Positions 37,759 through 49,700 of a stretch of DNA of 64,000 nucleotides are shown here, in pieces (within the stretch, counting starts at the first letter, position 1; each line of letters starts with the position of its first letter). The translations under genes and the position numbers were made by a program. The stretch lies in the NCBI GenBank assembly GCA_020137815.1, contig CM035354.1:6076001-6140000 (forward strand), given 5' to 3'. This DNA comes from Hormiphora californensis. Lineage: Eukaryota; Animalia; Ctenophora. The notes beneath the pieces are model-generated. The model saw only the letters and a program-made list of their open reading frames with translations, was not told the DNA's origin and did not search any database.

Positions 37759-38661
37759 ATGGGCGAAGAGGCGGAACCAGAAGTTGAGGAACTTTTCATT
37801 GATCCAGCTGCAGAATCTCTGGAATTTATTCACAAACGACTAACTGAGATTCCCGATGTTTCTCGCTGTAAAGACTGTGTCCGACTCGTGTGCAGACGGA
37901 ATAAGATTAAGCGTGTTCAGCATCTTGATAATCTCGTGAAGCTTGAGGAACTCGATTTCAATGATAACGAGATTACTGGAATTGAAAACATCGAACATTT
38001 GGAAAACCTTGTTGAGCTTGATTTCAGTTACAATGTGATACCAGAAATTCGATGTATGGAGAAACTCACCAACCTCACTCAGTTGTACATGGCTCAGAAC
38101 TCGATTGAGAAGATCGAGGGAATATCAACTCTCGTCAATTTGAAATGTCTTGAACTTGGTGCTAACAGGATACGTGCTATTGAAAACTTGGATCCTTTGG
38201 TGAATCTTGAGAAATTGTTCCTTGGAAAAAACAAGATTACTCAGATTGTCGGGTTGGAAAATCTGGTGAACCTGAAATGCCTTGATATCCAGGCTAACAG
38301 GATAACCAAAATCGAGAATTTGGAAAACAATCTCAAGTTAGAAGAACTTTATCTCAGTCATAACGGAATTGAGAAGATCGAGAATCTTGATATCAATACA
38401 GAGTTGTACACCATCGACTTATCGCATAACCAGATTGAAGTTTTGGAAAATCTCGGCTCACTTTCTGCGATTATGGAATTTTGGATGAACGACAACAAAA
38501 TTGCCTCATTTGAAGAGTTGAAAAAGTTGGAACACATGAAAGAGCTGGAGACGGTTTATTTTGAGAGAAATCCCATTTCAACAGACACAATGTACCGTAA
38601 AAAGATACAGCTATATTTGCCTGGTATCAAACAAATTGATGCAACTTACGTCAGAGTGTAA
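37759..38661 (+). CDS. PPP1R7: Protein phosphatase 1 regulatory subunit 7 (sds22), intronless LRR protein
   Basis: SDS22-type LRRs (LELGANRIRAIENL, LFLGKNKIT, LYLSHNGIEKIE) and the LRRcap LETVYFERNPI..YRKKI..LPGIKQIDAT. Confidence 0.93.
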   Translation: MGEEAEPEVEELFIDPAAESLEFIHKRLTEIPDVSRCKDCVRLVCRRNKIKRVQHLDNLVKLEELDFNDNEITGIENIEHLENLVELDFSYNVIPEIRCMEKLTNLTQLYMAQNSIEKIEGISTLVNLKCLELGANRIRAIENLDPLVNLEKLFLGKNKITQIVGLENLVNLKCLDIQANRITKIENLENNLKLEELYLSHNGIEKIENLDINTELYTIDLSHNQIEVLENLGSLSAIMEFWMNDNKIASFEELKKLEHMKELETVYFERNPISTDTMYRKKIQLYLPGIKQIDATYVRV

Positions 38662-38795
38662 CTCTCCTACAATTTTTTGTTTCTCTCTTTCTCCGTGTGT
38701 GTTGTACAGCTCTGTTTCGAAAATGTGTGTTTCCTCGTTGCTTCTCGTGCGTGTTCTCATTTGAGCACATACATTTTCCAATCTCCCACCTTTTT

Positions 38796-39337
38796 CAGGG
38801 GCGTCGACACGGGTTCGGGCCAGGTGTGGCAGCCGGTGCGAAGCACCGGTATTATATGTGGCATACAAATATGCGACCGGAGCGCCCGAGGGGCGCGTAG
38901 GGAGCTCCGGCAGGGGGTTTGGGGGCGCAGCCCCCCAACCGGGGTCCAGGGGCGGGAGCCTCTGGTGGGGGTCTAGGGGGCGAAGCCCCCGGAAAATTTT
39001 TTGGTTTAAGCAAGCATTTTAAAGCATTTTCCCGATAACTAATTGTAATATTTTGAACAATCTTTCCCTGTATTTTAGACTGATATCACCAGCGAACGTA
39101 TACAATAGCAGTATTTATCTCCCTTTTTTCTTTTCCCTTTTTGGGAAGCCCCTCAGCCGGGGTCCAGGAGGCAAGGGCCTCTGAATCAAAGTCTGATGGG
39201 GGTCTAGGGGGCAAAGCCCCCGGAAAATTTTTTGTTTAAGCAAGCATTTTAAAGCATTTTCCAGAGAAATTGACCTTTGCCTGGGAATTCCAGGTATGGC
39301 GGCCGCCATACCTGCCATACCCGTGTCGACGCCCCTG
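38796..39337. mobile_element. Non-autonomous hAT-like element (CAGGGGCG...CGCCCCTG) with 5-bp TSD
   Basis: 18-bp TIR CAGGGGCGTCGACACGGG. TTTTT on both flanks. Internal GGGGTCTAGGGGGC..AGCCCC repeats. Confidence 0.85.
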
Positions 39338-39445
39338 TTTTTCCTGTTTTTACCCTTTTCTATAATTGAACATCTCCTTTCTCCTCAACAGATGTACCTA
39401 ACACTTTTCTCTTTTCGTGTAGCTAAGCAGAGCAGGCAAAATGTA

Positions 39446-41165
39446 ATGCAGTCTGGCAACCGTCACATGAGAGACCAGCGGGACTCAGACCTTGTGCGCA
39501 GTCTCAAATCGCCCATGGTCTTCTCTGCACAGATGGGCTCCCAACGGGGGGCTCCAAATCCCAAACTGATGACGATCACACACCAGGGAAAACAGCAGAG
39601 TGCCATTTATAATAGCAGGTAAAATCTTTCTCTCTCTCCGTGATTTGGTAGACTAGGTAACCATTAAACGACCTAGTAAGGGGACCATTTATATGTTATA
39701 GAACTTTCTCTCTCTCTCTCTCTTGTTTCTCACCCCCCCCCCCCCTCCGATAATTTCTCGTTTTATAATCCCTGACATCATATCTCTCCCTAGGTTTCCC
39801 AATCCGAGTATATTTACTGCTAAGAGTTCCCCGCCAACACACGAAGGTGCAAGTGCGTTCAGTGTTCCCCGGTCATCTGCTTTTAACCGAGTAGCGGCCC
39901 TTCAAACCCAGGCTGGGAGGAGGAAAGAAGAGATGGTGGAGCCCAAATCTCGGGGTGGACAGGTTGTGTGGCAACAAGCCAGCTCCAACGAGCAGGTTTA
40001 TAGGATGGCTCACATACAGCAACAACCGGGTAGTAACGGCAGCTCCATCATCCAGATCCCTCAAAATCTCCCTCCACACCACCCCTCCTTCTACATGGAC
40101 CCTCCTAACGTCTCCACTCCCTTCTTCAACTTCAACTCCCAGAACGTCCCTCTAGTAATCAACTCTAATATCAATGGATACCTCTCATCCCGGCCGTCAA
40201 TTCTACGGAAAGTCGCCAAACCTCCCCCTCCCACAGCTGCAGCTCCCCACCATCCCCCACACCACCACGATCACAATGGGTCCTATGGAGAGGTGTTCAA
40301 GGGATTAAAACACGGCAGATCCTCCATGCACGGGGGCGTCTCAACCTCAGTCTCATCAGGCGCAGCAACAGCAGCCCCTGTCTCCAATGACCCCTATGTG
40401 TTCTGCGATTCTCCCCGGAAGAAACCCAGAAAACAGGTGGTGATAGCACACGAGGACTCGTACGCAAGTAATGTTCCTGAGGTGATAGTACCCGTGGGTG
40501 GTATAAAACAACAACAACACCCAGTGGTCCAACAAGAGGATACCATCTCCTTCTATACTCCGTGTCGCCGGATGTCCCTCCTTCCCGCGTCCTCCAAAAT
40601 ACCGGGACGGGATATAAACCACTTTGAGCGGTACCGGGATGTTAAAGTGCGGAAGAAGAGGAAATTCAACGAGCCCGTTCCGGAGGCGAGTTATGTTGCG
40701 TCCCAAGGTTGGCGGCTGATCCACCTAAAAAGTCAGCTGGAGGAACTGACGGGGACGCAGCGGGAAAACAAGGCAAAGATTTGTGAGTTCAGAGATTACT
40801 TCTGTTCCCTCGAGATAGAAGAAAAGAAAATCGGGGGAGGAGGAGGTGGTGGTGGTTCATCATCAGATTCAATCGGAGAGTTGGTAACCAAGATAACGCA
40901 CTGTTGCCATAACAACGGCTCACAAATGAAGCAGGTCATGGGGGCTCTGGACAAGCTGGTGAATAGTCACAAACCTCGTGTACTAGAACTGGTCAGGGAG
41001 TTAAAGGATCGTAACACAAGTTCAGTGGTGGTATCAGCAGCCACAACGGCAGCTAACACCTCAATATCAACACCAGTTGTACCTGGAGTAACGAGAAGAA
41101 AGAGGACACCGCCCCCAAAGAAGGAAGTTAGCAGCAAAAAGAAAAGCAGAAAAAGGAAAACCTGA
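39446..41165 (+). CDS. SAP130: Sin3A-associated protein 130 (HDAC complex subunit), short form
   Basis: RPSILRK, SPRKKPRKQ, HFERYRDVKV and GWRLIHLKSQL are SAP130 C-terminal motifs. Exons 39446-39618 and 39794-41165. Alternative ATG at 39392. Confidence 0.8.
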
Positions 41166-42151
41166 GACACTATTTGAGTGTGAATGAATACATCTATATA
41201 AGATCTGAGAGAGAGAGTTTGTGTGTGTGATTGTGTGATTGTACAGACCTATATGTTGCACTGCTTCCCCCAGTGTGTCACCTGCACGGGACAGAGAGGG
41301 ACAGATATTATATGGGACAGACAATAAAGTGAGTGACAATAACAAAAAGGACAGACTGACAGACGAAATGGTGGTAATACTACTTAGGTGGATATAGGGG
41401 GACAGAGTGAAGATATGGAGAAATATACAACATACCAAATATATATATATTGAGGTTAACGCACACACACACAACATTTTAACTCTTAAATGGTGGACGG
41501 ACTCTTTTTAAGATTGATTTAAATACGTTATGTGTGTGAAGTGTGTGTCTTTTAACTTGTCCGTCTGAAGAGTGAGAGAGAGAGGTGAGTTAGTGTGTGA
41601 TTTTTGAGTGGGCTAGTGTTTGAGATAAGAGTTCAACTGACGGACAGGAAGAGAAGTTTATTTTATTTAGGTCCGGGATATAAAATGAATTAAAATGTTA
41701 GCCAGGGTTAAATAATATATATTGGTAGGGCCCTAAAATGAGATGCCAGCCGCCGGAAGAATCAACAAATCAAAATTGTTAAAAAGTATGAGTAAGAGAG
41801 AAAATAAAGTGAGAGAGAAAGCGCGAAAAGAGATTTATTGTCCGACTTAAACCAATCCTATTACAAGTTATTATACGATTTGTTTTTCTTTGTTTAAAAG
41901 TAGAGATATCTATATCTGGGCCCGGGGCCGGCTCCAAAACAATACACTTTTGTCGACCTCTTGCAAATCGATAAGGTTACCAAATCTACACCCTAAAAAG
42001 GTTTAAATGCCCCCTTCTTTACCGTCTATGTTCACATATTTCCCTCAACACGTTTCCCCTCCTCGCACCATCTCCACAATTTCTTTCCCTGTAACTACTC
42101 TACCTCTCTCTCACATCAATTCCCTCTCTAACATCGCTCTGATTGTATAAG

Positions 42152-44953
42152 ATGTCGGGTGTTAGAAACAACCTACAAGAAGAGTACAGCAGGAGACTGA
42201 ACGAGGCGACCTCTAACCTCCTCTCTAACTATGGTGCAATTGTGTCCGCCCTGAGGATCGATGATGATTCCAAGTTGACTAGTACCAACCAATCATACCA
42301 AGATAATTATCAGGTAATTAATAATCAGAGTGGGGTTGACATGGTCCCCGCAGGAATTGTTATTAGGGGAGGTAAAACTTTGTTTAGGAAATACAGTATT
42401 CTATTTTATTTCACCCTCTGCACATGTGGCGACTGTAGTTGTCCCCCGCGAGTTTCTTTCTCGGTCGTTGTGCCGGTTGTGCTAGTTTATTCTCCCTCCC
42501 TTTCTCTCTATCTATCTCCCTCACATGTGCGGCCAAACTGAATTATGTTTGTGTGTGCGGCCAACACGGAAGAACAATGCGTCTTCTGCAAGCCTGTGCT
42601 AACAAATCGCTGCCTTTTTCTACCCCACTAGGCAAAAAGCAGCTGTACCTTCTCGAGAATTCTACCATTTCACCCCTCAGGCTACCAGCACACTCTTCAC
42701 CCCAGGCCTACTCTTATACACCGCCCCTCAGGGTCCAATAACAATAATATCATGTTTACAGCTGCAGCTTCCCAATGACATCACCCTCGACCTCAGGCTA
42801 ATGTCCGGTGCACGAACATACTAAAGGCAGGGGAGTCCCTACTAGACCTGATATCTGACCTGAAGGAGGCACTGATTTTCAAAGATTTTCCCGCCATCAA
42901 CTCTTCCCTAACTGCACAAAAGGTATAATGAGAAATACAATCAGAGGGAGCAATCAAAAACTGGATTGCGTTAAAGAGAGGGGGTGCTACGGGTTGAGAA
43001 AAAGATGGGAGATAGGGAGCTAAGAGTGAGAAAGAGAAGGGAAGGGGTGAAAATCAAAATGCATAGCTAAGAGCTATCTCTCTTTACCCGCATCTTGCTT
43101 TACTAAGAAAAGTTTCAAACATTAAATTGAATACTGCCCCCTCTTTGTATCCATCTTGACATCTTATTGTTGGCAGTTTTAATTTATTTGTTCTGCGGTA
43201 TGATAGTTCTCCGGAGCTCCTTGCCCTCGATTTCTTGGGGAAGGGGTTTTAGAGAGAGAAAGATAAAGTAAAAAAAGAGTTCCTAACTTCTACATCTATC
43301 CAAAACAACCCTCCAATTTCGAATTCTCTCCCTCCATAAAACAGTTTCTAATTCTATCCCTCCATTAAAGGGATACTGACATATTCAAATCGACCATCTC
43401 AAATTTTAGTAAAACATTGCCCAATCACATCATCTGAGAGAATAAATACATTGTGTCGAAGTCCGAGCTCTCTACTCCCTCTACTTCTCAAGATATAGGG
43501 TCCCAAATATTAACACCCACTAATTGGTTATGGTAAGAGGAGGAGACCAGCATTACAGATTACAGGTAAACACGAGCCTGTTTATATGTCATTATCTCAG
43601 CTAATACACATGCGATTTTGACCGTGTTTTTTCTAAAACCTTTAAGACCACTTCTAGTTTCTGTTTTTGGTTTCCATTTGTCTCTAGACTTGTCATAAAT
43701 AGATAGAACTATAACTAAGCAAGACGGTGATTTTTTTTGAAATGTATGCCTTCTTAGAACAATATTATCATGGTATACAGTAACTAATGTCAATCAGACT
43801 TGGCTATACTTCCTCAATTTTACATACAAATTGTTAGTATTTAGCCCATAGTCAATAACATAGTCAATAGTTATCAACTATTCAGCCCTCAAATGAATAT
43901 TGTATCCTAGGAGAGTATAAACTGAAAAATTTAGCCAAATAATTGGTATAAAAGGCAAAACCACTAAACCCGACTAATTTTGATACGTTGAATCACGTGA
44001 GCAACTTTGGCAAGCGCCCAGGGGTGGAGAAAGTGACCTAATTGAACATAATCGGGTCTAATTGATCGTAACTGTAACTTATCGCATGAAAACGTTATCA
44101 ATTCATGTGAGAGCACTATCATCACTAATTTTGATACGCTGAATCACGTAAGCGGCTTTTCCAAGCCGTCAGAGGTGAAGAAAGTGTCCTAATTGAGCAT
44201 AATTTAGTCTAATTGGCGATAATTGCATTTTTCAACTGGAAATGCTGAAAGATCGCATGTGGGGCACTTTACACACTAATTTTGATACACTGAATCACGT
44301 GAGCAACTTTTCCAAGTCCTCAGAGGTCGGCAAAGTGCCCTAATTGCCCATAATTGGGTCTAATTGACCTTACTCCAGTTTACCTCAAACTGCACTGTTT
44401 ACTTGTTTATTTACTGATTTTTTTGGTCATTCTGATACAGATAATAAGAAAATACTAAAAATTTAAAACATTTCTAACTTCCAGAAAAAAATCCGGTCAA
44501 AATCGTGCATGTGAAAGTTGAGATATTGACAGATAAACAGACTCGTGTTTACATGTAATTTGCAATAAAACTCTCCCCCTATACCATAACCAATTACGAA
44601 GTGCTAAAAGGTGGGGCCCTATATCTTGAGAACGAGAGGGAGTAGAGAGTTCGCACTTCGACTCATCCTATTTTTATCTCCCAACCAGTTACCACACCCA
44701 GGATCGTTGAAAAAGTCAAACAATTTTGAATATGTCAGTATCCCTTTAAACAGTTCCCCCCCCCCCTCCAGTTTCTAATTCTCTCCCTCCATTAAACAGT
44801 TTCTAATCCCCCTGCTCCAGTTTCTAATTCCCTCCCTCCGTTCAGGTACTGATGGAGCAGAACAGGATACGAATTAACAAGGAGTGTATCACTGTTAAGG
44901 AGGAAATGAGCCCGTTCCTTCATGAAATTGAGTTGGAGTATTACAAATCCTGA
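42152..44953 (+). CDS. MED22: Mediator subunit 22
   Basis: YSRRL..NY, VRCTNILKAGESLLDLISDLKEALIFKDFPAIN, LHEIELEYYKS*. Exons 42152-42313, 42797-42922 and 44846-44953. Confidence 0.9.
43369..44745. mobile_element. Non-autonomous Kolobok-like element in MED22 intron 2
   Basis: TTAA|AGGGATACTGACATATTCAAA ... TTTGAATATGTCAGTATCCCT|TTAA. Three internal ~150-bp tandem units at ~43975-44370. Confidence 0.88.
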
Positions 44954-45586
44954 ATCCAATACCTGGTAAGTTTCGTGAATCGTGACCTGATAAAATACAA
45001 CCCGTTGTAATATAATATTCCAACTCTCAATAACTTCATGTTAAGATGTCCTTGATGTGCGTCATTCTAACGTAGTCCTGGTGTTTGAGTAAACTACCTT
45101 GAGAGAGAATTGGAGGCTATAGTTACACAGTTAATCAAGTGGCAGCAAACAATCCATCCAAATATATTTAGCAGATTTCCACACAGTTATTTAGTTGGAC
45201 AAAATAGCTCAGTTATTCATACTACTTTAGGTGGCCAAGAAATTTAATATATGCATTTATGCAAAGTTTCGACACAATATATGCTTCGTGTGGGGTGTTG
45301 GAAAGTGGGAGAGAGAGGAGCGGGGAGAGGCATTAGTTATGTGAGAGGAGCGGGGAGAGGCATTAGTTATGTGACTCGCACTGTTTAGTGAGAATGGCAT
45401 CGTGTGTGGTGGGAGGGGGAGCGTGTGGGCGAAGGAGGGATGGTAGTGTGCCAATCTAGATATGAAGGGAGAGAGAGAGAAGGGAGAGGAGAGAGAGAGA
45501 GAGTGGGCAAATTAAAAAAAGATAGCTGGCAGATGTGTGAGGCCTTGTTGCTCAGTAATGAGACCCCCTCCAAGATAGTTCTCTCT

Positions 45587-45688
<102 letters not shown>

Positions 45689-46786
45689 ATGTGACACGGC
45701 TGCCACTCTGTATTACTGTGGTCTATCTTTATCCTTGTATTGTTATAGATGTACATTTCCCTGTTGCACTGTGCTTTCTTCTCTCGAGCTTTCTTTCTGT
45801 CTCCCACTCTCTTTCCTCTTTCTTCTCTCGAGCTTTCTTTCTGTCTCCCACTCTCTTTCCCTATCCCTTTCTTCTCTTCTGTTTCCCTCTGAATCTGAAA
45901 TTAAGGGGGATTTAGCCTCTGTGCTCTATCCTTCAAGGACCATCCCATTTACAGATTATATGTACTCGTTTGACATGTTCTGACGACTATTAGCCAAGAC
46001 TATCCATCTCTCTCTATCTCTATCTCTCTTTCTCTCTCTCTCTATCTCTCTCTCTTTCTCATACACTCATCTAGGCAGGCCATAGCACAAGTTACACGAT
46101 ATACCCACGGTATAACAATATTGCGTCCACACACATGTAAAGTCAGGAGTTGTTACCATGTTGTCATTCAAATCACATGTGTGTGTGTGAGAGATGTCGT
46201 CATATGCGTAAGTGTACATGTGCAGTACAGTGTGAAGTGGTATGACAGTACATGTGTAAACCTAACAATTGATACATGTATAGCCTTGCCAACACACACT
46301 ATAATATTCTGCTGAAAAGAGGGGTGGAGTGATAGATAGCAATGGAACGAGAGATATTTATGAAAAATCGCTTTAATATGTTTGTAGTCCCTCTCTCTCT
46401 ATCTTTCCATCTCCATCTCTGTCCGCCCTGCGTGACCGCAGATTCTCATTTACATTGATAGATAGTAGGAGCGAGAGAGAGATAGTGATAGAGAGAGATG
46501 GAGGAATATATAGAGAGTGGCTAGATAATACATATATATCTGCTGCGTGAGAATATTAGTATACCGACCTCTCCGGAGATTGATTGAAATATCTCACAAG
46601 AGTGGCCAATACATTTGGAGTGACTACCATCCGTTATAGTGAATGAACAGATATTATAGGGGTAGACAACATACCGCAAACAAAATAGGGGGATGTAAAC
46701 AGCGAAATTAAACCCAGGCAGTAGTGTTAAATAAAGTGTCAAATAATAAAACCAGGCAGTACTAGTGTTAGACATGACTCCGTTAT

Positions 46787-49700
46787 CAGGGTGTGAACTG
46801 CATGTCGTGTTTGCTAGTCGCGAGCGCGCTTGCGAGACAAGAAAACACGTCAAGGTTCATTAACAAGCATGCTGCTCAGTCATTTTAGATTTAATACACA
46901 ATGTAAGGATACCATGTAATAGGTGAGACTCTTGCCGTCACCCTCGTTCAAGTCCCGTGAAAAACGGAGCAGTACACGCAAACTGATGCCCATTTTCCTC
47001 GCGTGACCCCGATTCAGCAGTTTGAGACACCAACTCTTTAGGGGGCCATATCTCAGGAACCAGACAAGATAGGAAAAATCGCCGTCTAACGAGGCGTACA
47101 GTTTTTAATCTAGTTTACCACTGTACCGGCCGTTTCACTCTCCGACCTAAAACAAAAATCGCAACCCCACAAAACTTCAAAATAATGAAATTCGCATCTC
47201 GCATGTCGTGTTGCATGTCGTGTTGCATGTCGTGTCATGTTATTGACGCGCTCGCGTTCAACTCTCACACAGCAGCTGCAGAACATGGCGGGAAACATCG
47301 AGGAGTAGAGAGAGGGTCGGTGCCGAATCAAATATTTCTTGATCTTGATCTACTCCATCTCTCAGCTATCCTACCCCTCATCAACTCGATCTCTCAGCTA
47401 CCCTACCCCTCATCTACTCCTTCTTTCAGCTACCCTACCCCTCATCTACTCCATCTTTCAGCTACCCTACCCCTAATCTAGTTCATCTCTCAGCTACCCT
47501 ACTCCTCATCATAGAGATGGAAACGATTAGGGGTAGGGAATCCCTATCCATAATCGTTTCCATCTCTATGCTTCCCTAGCCCTCATCAACTCCATCTTTC
47601 AGCTACCCTACCCCTAATCTAGTCCATCTCTCCGCTACCCTACTCCTCATCTACTCCATCTCTCAGCTAGCCTACCTCCCATTTACTCCATCTCTCAGCT
47701 ACCCTACCTCCCATTTACTCCATCTCTCAGCTTACCTACCTTCCATTTACTCCATCTCTCAGCTTCCCTACCTCCCATTTACTCCATCCCTCAGCTACCC
47801 TACCTCCCATTTGATCCATCTCTCAGCTTCCCTACCTCCCATTTACTCCATTTCTCAGCTTCCCTACCTCTCATTTACTTACTCCATCTCTCAGCTACCC
47901 TACCTCCCATTTACTCCATCTCTCAGCTTCCCTACCTCCCATTTACTCCATCTCTCAGCTACCCTACCTCCCATTTACTCCATCTCTCAGCTTCCCTACC
48001 TCCCATTTACTCCATCCCTCAGCTACCCTACCTCCCATTTGATCCATCTCTCAGCTTCCCTACCTCCCATTTACTCCATTTCTCAGCTTCCCTACCTCTC
48101 ATTTAGTACTCCATCTCTCAGCTACCCTACCTCCCATTTACTCCATCTCTCAGCTTCCCTACCTCCCATTTACTCCATCTCTCAGCTACCCTACCTCCCA
48201 TTTACTCCATCTCTCAGCTTCCCTACCTCCCATTTACTCCATCTCTCAGCTACCTTACCTTCCATTTACTCCATCTCTCAGCTTCCCTTCCTCCCATTTA
48301 CTCCATCTCTCAGCTACCCTACCTCCCATTTACTCCATCTCTCAGCTTCCCTACCTCCCATTTACTCCATCTCTCAGCTACCCTACCTCCCATTTACTCC
48401 ATCTCTCAGCTTACCTACCTCCCATTTACTCCATCTCTCAGCTTCCCTACCTCCCATTTACTCCATCCCTCAGCTTCCCTACCTAGGGGTAAGGAATCCC
48501 TATCCATAATCGTTTCCATCTCTATGCTTCCCTAGCCCTCATCAACTCCATCTTTCAGCTACCCTACCCCTAATCTAGTCCATCTCTCAGCTACCCTACC
48601 ACCCATTTACTCCATCTCTCAGCTTTCCTACCTCCCATTTACTCCATCTCTCAGCTTCCCTACCTCCCATTTACTCCATCTCTCAGCTTCCCTACCTCCC
48701 ATTTACTCCATCTCTCAGGGGTAGGAATGTTAGGATAAATGAGAGATGGAGTAAATGGGAGGTAGGGAAGCTGAGAGATGGAGTAAATGGGAGGTAGGGA
48801 AGCTGAGAGATGGAGTAAATGGGAGGTAGGGAAGGTAAGCGATGGAGTAAATGGGAGGTAGGGAAGCTGAAAGATGGAGTAAATGGGAGGTAGGGAAGCT
48901 GAGAGATGGAGTAAATGGGAGGTAGGGTAGCTGAGAGATGGAGTAAATGGGAGGTAGGGGAGTTGAGAGATGGAGTAAATGGGAGGTAGGGAAGCTGAGG
49001 GATGGAGTAAATGGGAGGTAGGGAAGCTGAGAGATGGAGTAAATGGGAGGTAGGGAAGCTGAGAGATGGAGTAAATGGGTGGTAGGGTAGCTGAGAGATG
49101 GAGTGAATGGGAGGTAGGGTAGCTGAGAGGGTGTGCGGACTCTAGTGCTACACTCTAAGTCTACAGTGGACTCTATATCTAAATTTAGATTTAGATAAAG
49201 AGTCCAAATAAGTCTAAACTCTAGGAGGACTCTTTATCTAAAAAGTCTACACAGGGCGGACTCTTTATCTAAAAAGTCTAAACAAAGTGGACTCTATATC
49301 TACATAAATCTAAATTAGATATAGAGTCCGCCTTTCGCCGCGAACTCGAGATTTCGGCCGTTAGGCCGGAAACGAGAGTTTGCTCTACCCCTATACTAAT
49401 TTAGAAGTGTTAGGGCCGTTATTTGGGTTCGAGGTTAGGGTTAGGGCCATAAACAATCGAATTCCTGCCAGCGAGGGCGCGGTTAAGATCAATCGATTTC
49501 CTGCCAGGCCCACGGTTAGGAACACAGTGTACGGAAATCCGACACATTTTATTTTTAAGTGCTACTTTAGTTAATCACTGCTAATTAGTGGTTGAATATT
49601 TTGAAGTTTTAAGAACGGAAAAAGGGAACAGAAGGGATTATCTATCCAGCTATGTAATTTTTAGTTGAATTTTCAGATCATAACATAAGTCTATCCTTCC

